DNA from: Asterias rubens
Taxonomy: Eukaryota
Assembly: GCF_902459465.1 (NCBI RefSeq)
Contig: NC_047067.1
Location: 7,750,001 to 7,814,000 of the forward strand
Reading direction: 5' to 3'
Length of the DNA: 64,000 nt
Positions 51,701 to 63,700 of this stretch are shown here, in pieces. Below the pieces are notes generated by a model. It worked only from the letters and a program-made list of their open reading frames with translations, was not told where the DNA came from and made no database searches. The first letter of the stretch is position 1, and each line of letters begins with the position of its first letter. The position numbers and the translations under genes were made by a program.

Positions 51701-54700
51701 TAGGGTCATTGAAGAGGCTGTGATGTCACTGATTGAGGGTCTGCTTGGTGATAGCGGAATATCTGTGGGAAAGATTAGGAAAGTATGTTTCACATTCTGT
51801 TTAAAAAATGAGGGAACAGTTTATGTTTAAGTTTAAGATAAAGAAAATCATTCAAAAATGTTGTCTAGTGAATTACCATTAAACTTTAAAAGAGTCCTAC
51901 AGAGGACTATTTTTAACGATCATCTCCTACTTCAAATTCTTCATTGAAAGAGTCTTTAAAATAAAATGTAATACAAACACACCATAGGGCAATTTAGCTT
52001 CTATGACATCTGATGGTTCACTAGTCGGCCCAGTTCCAGCCTTGTTCTCAGCGCTGACTCTGAACTGGTACCTTGACTTCACAGTCAACTCCTCAACACG
52101 AAGTGTAGTCTCCTTTACGAGGCTCCTGTTCACTCTGGTCCATCTGTCTCGCGACACGTCACACTTCTCAATGACGTAGCCCAGAATCTTACTTCCACCA
52201 TCCGATTCAGGAACACTCCAGCTCACCGTTGATGACTTGTCGGTGACATTGGAGACATCTGGTTTACCCGGGGCGCTTGGCGGATTAATCTTGATCAAAG
52301 CTGGATTACTCGGTTTGCCTACTCCTGCCTTGTTCTCAGCGCTCACTCTGAACTCATACTCGGTACCTTCCGTGAGATTCATCACATTGACGTTGGTGTC
52401 TGTTATCGAGGAGATGTTGACCTTTGTCCAGCGGGAACTGAACTGGTCTTTCTTCTCCACGATATAACCTGTGATTGGAGATCCACCATCAGCCTCCGGA
52501 GGTTGCCAGGTGAGGGTCAATGATGTCGGTTTTGTATTTGATATATCTGGAGTTCCAGGTGCATCTGGGACATCTGAAGATAGTAGAGATTAAATATAAT
52601 CATTAAAGCTCGCTATCACAATCAGAATAGATTTGATGATCGCATTCGAAAAATTTGAAATGAGATTGTTCAGTAACTAAGAAAAGCACCTAGGAAAACT
52701 GATCATGATTTGTTTTTACAAGGCATACAAATCTTGCTTATGCCAAGTCTCTCTAAAATTACAAGAACATCTTGAGGTACAAACATTATAAAAAGTGAAC
52801 CTGATTACCACTAGCACTCATGAAAGAGTTATCCCATTTATTTTTGTGTTTTCAGAATCTGTTTGCTAACATGCTGCACTTACCATACGGCAGCTTGGCT
52901 ACTTTAGATTCAGTTGGCTCACTGGGCTTTCCTACACCAGCTTTGTTCTCAGCGCTGACTCTAAACTGATACTCTGATCCCTCCTTCAACCCGGTTACTT
53001 TGTATTCCAAGGAGGAGGTTTTGGTGACCTCTGACCATCGAGAAGAGAATGGTTCCTTCTTCTCCAAGACGTAGTTTGTTATTGGAGATCCTCCATCAAA
53101 GTCAGGAGCAGACCAAGTTAGTGTCATTTCCGTTTTGTCAACCGAAGTTATTTTAGGCTTGTTAGGCGCATCAGGTACATCTGTTATTAATAAGTAAAAG
53201 ATATAAAGGATAAATCTATGAAGTAAGCGGTGTTGTGAATATATGTGTCACTTTACAGGATAGGAAATAAAGGACCAGTCACTTTAAGTGCCATAATGAA
53301 ACAAGAGGTTTATGCTCTCACCATATGGAAGTTTAGCAACAACCCTCTTGGATGGCTGACTCGGTTCTCCAACTCCAGCTTTGTTCTCAGCTGAAACACG
53401 GAACTCATACTCCACATCCTTAGTGAGATCCTTGACTTCGAACGACGTATCCTTGATGGTGCCTCTAGTAACCTTCACCCAACGATCCTTTGCTGTGTCT
53501 CTCCTCTCCAAGATGTATCCCGTTATTTGACTGTCACCAGTGCTCTCAGGAGGTGACCAAGTCACAAACGCAGCCTTGTCGTCGATCTTCTCAACCACCG
53601 GAGCATCTGGCGCCCCTGGTGGTTGGATCTTCAAGGTGACAGAGTCACTTGGCTTACCAACGCCAGCTTTGTTTTCAGCCGACACTTGGAATTCATAATC
53701 TGTACCTTCCTGGAGTCCAGTAACCTTGAAGGTGGTCTCTTGGATGGAGGAGATGGTGACCTTACTCCAGCGATTGCTGAGTCTATCTTTCTTCTCGATG
53801 ATGTAACCTGTGATTGGAGATCCACCATCACTTTCAGGTACAGTCCACGAGAGGGAAAGTGTTGTTGGTTTGGCATCAGATATGGCTAGATTGGTTGGAG
53901 ATGCTGGCACATCTGTAAGTGAGATAAAAAAGTTTGTAAATAAAAGTTTACCGAACTGTCAATTATTCAAAATAACACCAGTAATCAAATGATAAGCTTC
54001 TTCAATTTGAAGATTCAGACATACTCCATGTTGAATAGTTATAATAAACTATATAAACTTGAGTTTCTATAAGCCTTACCATTTACCTATATTATTATTA
54101 CATGTATCTGTAGACTTACCATACGGCAGCTTGGCTACTTTAGATTCAGTTGGCTCACTGGGCTTTCCTACACCAGCTTTGTTCTCAGCGCTGACTCTAA
54201 ACTGATACTCTGATCCCTCCTTCAACCCGGTTACTTTGTATTCCAAGGAGGAGGTTTTGGTGACCTCTGACCATCGAGAAGAGAATGGTTCCTTCTTCTC
54301 CAAGACGTAGTTTGTTATTGGAGATCCTCCATCAAAGTCAGGAGCAGACCAAGTTAGTGTCATTTCCGTTTTGTCAACTGAAGTTATTTTAGGCTTGTTA
54401 GGTGCATCAGGTACATCTGTTATATAACAAGCAAAAGAAATGTTAAGGAAATGGAAAAATATATGAAAGATTGAACAGAAGATAAACAGCATTGTAAACT
54501 TGTCTGGGCTTTTTGTAAGAAAATGAAGTACGTGGTATTGTGAATATTTGTAACTTTACAGGATAGCAAACTTTGAGTAACATAATGAAAAAGAAGTGAT
54601 GTATGTCTGACCATAAGGAAGTTTAGCAACAACCCTCTTCGATGGCTGACTCGGTTCTCCAATACCAGCTTTGTTCTCAGCAGAAACACGGCACTCATAC

Positions 54701-57700
54701 TCCACATCCTTAGTGAGATCCTTGACTTCGAACGATGTCTCCTTGATGGTTCCTCTAGTCACCTTCACCCAACGGTCCTTTGCTGTGTCTCTCTTCTCCA
54801 AGATGTATCCCGTTATTGGACTGCCACCAGTGCTCTCCGGTGGTGACCAAGTCACAAAGGCAGCCTTATCGTCGATCTTCTCCACCAGCGGAGCATCTGG
54901 CGCTCCTGGTGGTTGGATTTTCAGAGCCACTGTCTGGCTTGGTTTGCTTGGGCCTGCCTTGTTGATAGCAGTTATGTGGAATGAAGACTCGGCGCCTTCC
55001 TTGAGAGACTTGACTTTGTAGGATAACTCTTTGATGGGCTCAGAAGTGATTTGATTCCACCTTGGGGAGAAGGCATCCTTTTGGTTTACATTGTAGCCGA
55101 TGATTGGAGAGCCACCATCAGAGAATGGAACACTCCAGGTAAGCTCAATGGATGTTGGTGAAAGCTGAGTAAGTTTGACATCCTCAGGTGGTGCTGGAAC
55201 ATCTGTTTGAAAAAAAAAGATGAAAAAAAACCATAAGTCACCAGTCCAGAGTTCTATGCTTGCAATTACAGGTGCAAAATCTCAGGTTCTAAACTTAAAA
55301 GGGTAAAAGAGAAGCAACACAGCACATTCATACACATGTATATCCACATGAGGTCGGAACAAACCCCAGTTCAATTGATTTCATTATAAAATCTACAAAT
55401 CATGTTTTACCATAAGGCACTTTGGCAGTAAGAGGCGTTGATGGTTCCGATGGTTTTCCAATGCCAGCCAAATTCTCAGCACTGACTCTGAACTGATACT
55501 CTGATGCTGTCTTCAAACCAGTGACAGTGCTCTCAACCTCTACCATCTTGGTCTCCAGGACCCTTGTCCAGGTTCGTGCAAAGCTCTCGCGTTGCTCAAT
55601 GATGTAGGAGGTAATGGCACTGCCTCCGTCTGATCGAGGAGGAGTCCATTTGAGGAGGATAGAGGTCCCTGAGACGTTTGTTGGTTCTGGCTTTCCTGGT
55701 GCATCTGGGACATCTATCAAATTGTTTAAATAAAATAAAAATTGTTTTAATACATTATAATCACAAATACAGTGATGATAATTGTTTGATATTAGCCATT
55801 CAACAACTTTTCATAAGGCATTACAATCAACAATAATATTTTCAAAATGTCCACACCAAAAGTACGACAAAGATGAAAATGGACGATGAATAACTTCACA
55901 AATTGGATAAAGGATGAAAGCAATTAGTATTTGATAAGAATGAAGCCTTTTTGTAAAAATGTTTAATTAATGAGGCATGGTTTTCTTTGTTTCACACTAA
56001 ATTTTTTGTTAGGAAAAAACCCCTGGAGAGTCACCTTTTTGGTGCCAAAGAGAAAAGCAAATGAATTAATGAATTAAAAATAAAACCTATTTACCATATG
56101 GGGGTTTAGCTTCAGTAGCATCTGTAGGTGTGCTTGGTTTCCCTGTCCCTGCCTTGTTCTGAGCGCTGACCCTGAACTCATACTTTGACCCTTTGGTCAA
56201 ACCAGTGACCCTGAATGTCAATTCAGTGATGGCATCTGATGATGTCTTGACCCAGCGTTTACTTGTGATATCCCGTTTCTCTAGAATGTAACCCGTAACA
56301 GGGCTACCACCATCCGACTCCGGAGAAGACCAGGATATGGTCATAGAGTCAGCTGTGATGTCAGAGATGGTGGTCTGCTCTGGGGCTCCTGGGACATCTT
56401 AAAACAGAAGAAAACAAGATTTGTTAAGAATATTGGCTCCTTTATAATAAAACAAATGAGAAAGTTCTTTGTCCCAAAAAATACAAAAAAACGGCTGCAA
56501 TCTCTGGGCCTCCTGTGCCATCTTAAAACAGAAGAAAACAAGTTTTTTAACCTATGTTGGCTCCTTTACAATAATGCAAATTTAAAATGTTTTCAAATTT
56601 GAAAAGCTGCATTAAGAAAAACACTAATTGAATGGATTGACTTCTATCAGATTGGTACAAAAACGCTTGAAGAAAGTTTTAGCTCAGACTGTTGAAACAT
56701 TTTCAAAAACGTCAAAACAAACTAAAAACAAAGTTTCTGTCTTTCTAGTCTGCTCACCATATTTAGATTTGGCGATCCATGCTTTGGAGACATCACTTGG
56801 CTTCCCAAGTCCAGCCTTGTTCTCGGCGGTGACCCTAAACTCGTACTGAGTTCCCTCATTCAGGTCCTTCACCTTGAAGGTGGTTTCTGTGATGCTTTCT
56901 CGGGAGACCTTGACCCAGCGTGTTGAGCTGGTGTCTCTCATCTCAAGAATGTAACCAGTGATTGGGCTGCCGCCATCAGACTCTGGGGGTGACCATGTGA
57001 CTGTCATGTGACTAACATCGACATCTGTGACTGTGGGCGCTGATGGTCTTTCAGGAACATCTAATGACAGACATCAAGTATGATGGGTGGTTTATTCAAA
57101 TATAAAAAAGAACACGATTTATTTTGTTTTTGGAGGGGGTTGAGCAAATTGTGTTACTGTTTTGAATGTCAGTTCCTCTCAACTGAGAAAATATGTTTAC
57201 GTTGTTGGTCAAGTTTTATGGTAAAAAAAAGAAAAAACACTTAAAGATTCAAGAGGAATTTTGTGCATGTTCACATTGAGCTAGTTAGATTAGAGCACTC
57301 TAAACAGCAAGGGTGGTTTATGTGGGTCTTCACATTTTAGCTTCTTGATTTTGACATTCTTAAAATGGAAACAATTCACTAAAGGATTGGTAGATTGATG
57401 ACTCGGATTTAATAAGTGAGCTACCCGAATGAAATGAATTGCTTTTTTTCTTCAAATATTACCAAAGTTGTACTTTATCTTTAATAAATTATTTAAGGTT
57501 TGGTTGAATAAAGAAATAATTACTCAAGCTGGATTTTACCACCAGAAACGTGCCATGGCTCTACCAACTGAGCCAGAGACATTATTTAGACGACTTACCA
57601 TAAGGATGCTTAGCAGTCACAAAGGAGCAAGCATCGCCTGGCTGACCGGTTCCCCGTATATTCTCAGCAGTAACTCTAAACTGGTAGTCCTCGCCTTCTT

Positions 57701-60700
57701 TCAGGTTGGACACTTTAAAGGTAGTCTCTGTAACAGGCTCTTTGGTGACTTTGGACCAGCGTGAGCTGAATTTGTCCTTGCGTTCGATGGTGTAGCCTGT
57801 GATAGGAGTGCCGCCATCTGACTTGGGAGGAGACCAGGACAGGGTCATGGAGCTGGCTGTTGTGTCAGATACAGTAGGAGCGCTTGGAGAACTGGGAACA
57901 TCTGATAAAGAGTTAGTGATAAAAGTTTCAATAAAAAAGCTAAACAAAATTTATTGTAAGAAAAATTAAGCAAAATTTGAAAAGGTAGAAATTCAATTTG
58001 CTGAGATGGCGTTTGAAAGATAATTTAATAGCGTCAAAGTTATAACCTCTATAATATAATACATCTATTATATAAAAATAATTCTTTCTTATCAACTTCA
58101 TTAATATGGAATTAATTTGTAATGCAAGATTATTTTAATGATCTTTATATTTGTTCAGTAGTGGGTTCAGTAAAGACAAGAGGACATGGTGTACCATATA
58201 TATATATTTTTTTGAAGAGTCTGTCCTCTGGTTGTTTAAAGTATTACAGTTATTACTAAACATTGAATTCACAGAGTAGAAAATAAAATAAAACAGAAAA
58301 CAATAAATCATAAAACAAAGTTTTACACTAATGTAAACAATAAACTCTTATAGGAGGAGACAGATGTGGTTCATGTTCAGCTGTACTTCATTCATTTACA
58401 AAAACAATGTTTTAGTTCTCATTCACAGGTTCCCATTCCAACTCCCTATAATGACTCCTTTTAGAGTGCCAAAAGTTGTTTGGATGAAAAGTTGTTATAA
58501 AAGTACTTACCGAAGGGTGACTTAGCAACTGTTGGTCTAGAGGAATCACTTGGCGTTCCTGGCCCTGCCTTATTGACACCAATCACTCTGAACTGATACT
58601 CGTTCCCTTCTTTCAATCCGTCCAAATCACAACAGGTCTCTGAAGCAGACACCTGGGTCACCTTGGTCCAACGGGGACTGAATCGATCTTTCTTCTCGAT
58701 GATGTAATCAGTGACATCATCCCCGCCGTCAGATTTTGGTGCAGTCCAGGTAAGTTTCATGGATGATTCAGTCACATCGGAGATTGTTGGGATGCTTGGG
58801 CTATCTGGTTCATCTTTATATTGAAAAGAGAGGCAAATTTATGAATAATAGCTAAAAAGGTTACTCATCATTTTTGTCTTGTATTTTGCGGGTTTACTTA
58901 AACTCTCAACTGAATAATGAAGTTCCAACAAACGACTTGTAACTTTGTATGAATTGTTATAAAAAATTGTATTGTGTAATTTCATGTATGGTGTAAGTTT
59001 GTGTTTTTTTCCATTGACCTGTACATGAAACATGCCTACTGGAAGCCAAGGCTCTGTGACCTTTTGACAAACATGTAATGTTACAGGTTTCATGGTCTAT
59101 GATATTAAAAAAAAAAAACAGCTGCATTCTTACCAAAGGGTAACTTTGCCTTTATAACAACAGACGGTGCACTGGGTTCCCCAACGCCAGCTTTGTTCTC
59201 AGCGCTGACTCTGAACTCATACTCTTTCCCTTCGATCAGATCAGTGGCTGTAAAGATGGTATCCATCAGGGGTTTCTTGTGTGCTTTTACCCATCTGTCT
59301 CTGCCGACATCTCTTCTCTCTACGATGTAGCCGGTGATCTCAGCTCCTCCATCATTCTCTGGTGGGCTCCATGTAACCTTGATGGTTGTGTTATCGATGT
59401 TTGAAACATCGGGGCTATTTGGAGCTTCTGGAACATCTGGAATTTTAAATCGAAATTTAAATCATTTATTAATATGACAAGTGTGTGAAATCTGTTCCAA
59501 GCATCCTACCAAGTACCCACAAAAAACAAAAACCTAGTAGTAGCGTTTCTAAAAATGAACAAAATTGACATTGTTTTCACATCAAGAAAGTACTTCAACC
59601 AACTTTAAATCAATACAGTTTATTTGAAATGACAGTAAGAAATGTTACGGGGTTCATAACGACTTAGACTCAAAAGAAAGAGACAATGACTCCCTGGCTT
59701 ATTTTGGTCATGTTCAGTCCAAGTACATGAGTGGCATTATACATTATAAGTTGTCACTAGTTGGCGGTATAGAAAAGATGAGTGGTATACTCCCAACAAG
59801 AACCACCATTGCCATTAATACTTACCGTATGGTGGTTTTGCCTTCTGAGGCCCAGCAGCCTCACTTGACTCGCCCAAACCAGCGATATTCTCAGCGCTTA
59901 CACGGAACATGTAGCTGGTTCCTTCCACAAGGTCGGGAACGGTGAAACTCATTTCAGTGATCAAATCTTCCTTGTGGGCTTTGACCCAACGTTTTCGGTC
60001 TGCTTCACATTTTTCAACAACGTAGCCGAGTATGTCTGCTCCGCCATTGTCTGTTGGTGCGGTCCATGTTAGCGTCATGTGGGTGCTGTCAATGTCAGAT
60101 ATCTCAGGGATACCTGGTGCGCCAGGAGCATCTGTTGAAGAAAATAAAGCGTTTTTTTTATTTACCTATTCTTTACAGTCTGTTCTAGTCCAAACAAAGG
60201 TAAACGTTTATGGCACTGGTCAAAGTTTTTTAAAATCTAATTTGATATAATGAAGCAATATTATTGAAGAAAAAGTAAAATTATATAATCTTCTTTTTTA
60301 GTTGTACCCAGGACTTATTCTACCTTCATAAAAATAATTCAAAAATTATTTATTTTGCCCATATTCTCAAGCCCCCATTGCAACCCCCCTCTTGTAGCTC
60401 TATCTCCCGATCTTACATACCATATGGTGGTTTAGCAACTGCCTTATCCGAGGCTGGACTTGGCTTGCCAACACCAGCCTTGTTCTCCGCAGACACTCTG
60501 AACTCATACTCTGTTCCCTCCTTGAGGTCAACAACTGTGTACACAGTCTCAGTGATTGAGGTCTCCTTCACCTTCAACCACCTGGAGCTGAAGCGATCTT
60601 TCTTCTCAATGACGTATCCTGTGATGGGACTGCCACCGTCTGATGATGGAGCTGCCCAGGTTAGCGTCATTGATGTACTGTCAATCTCAATGATCTCTGG

Positions 60701-63700
60701 CTTACTGGGTGACCCAGGTACATCTGTAAGAAAATTTTAACAAATTTTCATTAAATATCAAGAATGTTTAGTCTTACACAATTATAAATAAGAAATATAC
60801 TCATTTATGGAAAAGAGTAATGATGACAGAAGGTCTAAAACTATGTTCAAAATTTTAATCTAAGGAGTCAACTCTGAATTCCGATTAAAGTCTGGATTTT
60901 CTCATCTCTATTTGAAACGTAGAAACTCTTCTTTGGCCTGATGTTACTTAAGTATGCAAAATCTAAGTCTTGTTTAATGACCCCTTGCAGTCAAAAAAGT
61001 CAACAACGCAAAGTGCCCCTCTATCAATTCCATCCTTTTTGGAGGTCAATTCCTTTGTGCACATTTTGACACCTATAATAGGTGACACCAATGTGCTTAA
61101 AGAAGTAGTACTAAAAGAAGATTCATTCCAATTAACTTTAAACACTTTAAAGGGGATGAAAAACAAAGTTTTTCACAAAGGTAAACAGTTTGAACTCACC
61201 ATAAGGTGGTTTAGTAATCCTTGGCTTGGATGGTTCACTGAATGGACTATTTCCAGCCTTGTTGACTGCAGCCACACGGAACTCATACTCCTTGCCTTCA
61301 ATCAGATCTTTCACGGTCAGTTCAGTCTCACTAACTGTGTCTCTAACAGCCTTTGTCCATCTTGTGGAAGACGTCTCTTTTCTTTCAACGATGTAGCCAG
61401 TGACTGGACTACCACCATCAGATTTTGGAGGTGACCACGAGATGGTAATCTGGGTTCTGTCAACAGCTGTGACTTCAGGCTTGCTTGGCGCTTCAGGTAC
61501 GTCTTAAATATCAAATAAATTTTTGTTAAATTGGTCATGACCAAAATCAGAGTAGTTGCATTGTCAATTTGGGTAGTAGAAAGTGTCTGGGGTAATTCAT
61601 ACATTGTAAGCAGTGGTGTTGACCAACGAAACAGGGAAACAGGGGTGATTTTGAGTGCATCCACACACTACTATTTTTTAAATTATTTTTTGTGGGGGGG
61701 GGTACCTCTTTTCACAAAGACTATTAATGATCTTCAAGTTAATGAATACGAAAGAAAATTGCACATTGCTGATACGACATTTTGATTTTGTGACACTCAC
61801 CATAAAGAGGTTTGGTGATCTTTGGCTCAGATGGTTCACTGAATGGACCCGTCCCAGCCTTGTTGACTGCCGCCACACGGAACTCATACTCCTTGCCTTC
61901 AATCAGATCTCTCACAGTCAGTGTTGTCTTAGTGACCGAATCTTTTACAGCCTTTGTCCATCTCGTTGAAGAGGTTTCCTTCTTTTCAATAACATAGCCT
62001 GATACTGGATTTCCACCATCAGATTCAGGTGGTGACCAGGAGATTGTAATATTAGTTCTGTCAACACCTGTGATATCAGGCTTACCTGGGGCACCAGGAA
62101 CATCTGAGAGTGGAAGCCAAACCAGAAAATTTGTGTAAATTGTCTTTAAAGTTAAAGCATTTGATAAGAATTGATTAGATTTGATACAAACAAAATAGCA
62201 AAAGTGAAAAAAATTATAAACAAACTGACCATATGGTGGTTTGGTGACTCTAGGTTCAGATGGTTCACTGAATGGACCTGTTCCAGCCTTGTTGATTGCA
62301 GCCACATGGAACACATACTCTTTGCCTTCAATTAAATCGTTGACGACAAGAGAAGTCTCTGTGACCGAGTCCCTGTGAGCCTTTGCCCATCTTGTTGAGG
62401 TAGTCTCTTTCTTCTCAATGATGTAGCCTTTTATTGGACTGCCTCCATCTGATTCTGGGGCTGACCATGATATGGTGATCTGGGTTCTGTCAACAGCTGT
62501 TACTTCAGGCTTGCCAGGAGCGTTAGGCACATCTAGAAATTACAAAAAGATGTTGAAATGTGACTGAACTTGAAGTTTAAACATATGATTAAAAGACTGT
62601 AATAATTGAATGTTACAGGTAGGAAAAGAGGATGTTACTACACATAAGGACTTACCATAAGGAGGTTTGGTAATTCTAGGCTCAGATGGTTCACTGAATG
62701 GACCTGTCCCAGCCTTGTTGACTGCAGCCACACGGAACTCATACTCCTTGCCTTCAATCAGATCTTTCACTGTCAGTGTTGTGTCAGAAACTGAGTCTCT
62801 AACTGCCTTTGTCCATCTCGTGGAAGACGTCTCTTTCTTCTCAATGATGTAACCAGTTACTGGGCTACCACCGTCCGACTCAGGGGGAGACCATGAAATG
62901 GTTATCTGTTTACTATCAACAGCTGAGACTTCAGGCTTGCTTGGTGCTTTGGGAACATCTGGTTTAAGTTAAGTAAAAAATGTATAATAATTAGAAACAA
63001 TCTTTAAAAACAATTAGTATGATTATAGTCAATCGCCACAAAACAATTTCTAAGATGTATATATGCAACATATTTAAACTCACCATATGGAGGTTTGGTT
63101 ATTGTAGGCTCAGATGGTTCACTGAATGGACCTGTTCCGGCTTTGTTTACAGCAGCTACACGGAACTCATACTTGCTGCCCTCGATCAGATCTCTCACAG
63201 TCAATGTAGTCTCACTGACTGAATCTTTGACAGCTTTTGTCCATCTTGTTGAGGTAGTCTCTTTCTTTTCAATGAGGTAGCCTTTAATTGGACTGCCACC
63301 ATCGGACTTAGGTGGAGTCCATGAGATAGTGATCTGGGTTCGATCGATGGCTGTGACTTCTGGTTTGCCTGGTGCCTCAGGAACATCTGGAAGTTAAAGG
63401 ATAAAAATTATTTTTAAAATCATGATACAATATGAAATTCCTTAACTTGAATTTTTAGAAGCTTTAAGATAAACAAATTAACAAATAAATAACCAAGACC
63501 ATCAGAATCTTTTAAAACAGATATTCACTATTAAATAAGGTGTAACAAGTACCGTATGGAGGTTTGGCAATTCTTGGCTCAGATGGTTCACTGAATGGAC
63601 CTGTTCCTGCCTTGTTGATTGCAGCCACATGGAACTCATACTCCTTGCCCTCAATCAAATCCTTTACAACAAGAGAAGTCTCTGTAACCGAGTCTCTGTA

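Noticed and set aside
52884-54416. Assembly false duplication as the cause of the near-identical exons
   Set aside because: Flanking introns and neighbouring exons differ substantially; this is disfavoured but needs long reads to exclude fully.
23172-57575. tRNA genes at A-box/B-box motifs (23172, 25590, 27100, 31860, 38830, 57555)
   Set aside because: No full cloverleaf is present, and the motifs continue into shared SINE bodies.
61739-62530. 263-aa ORF suggesting a seventh double exon with a hydrophobic linker
   Set aside because: The 126-nt insert has a donor (G|GTCAGT), an acceptor (TCTCAG|AT) and AT-rich intron composition like its neighbours. It is stop-free in frame, so retention is possible but unsupported.
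1378-63280. Many plus-strand ORFs of 60-160 aa overlapping the exons
   Set aside because: They are antisense shadows of GC-richer exons, with no recognisable domains and no independent splice structure.
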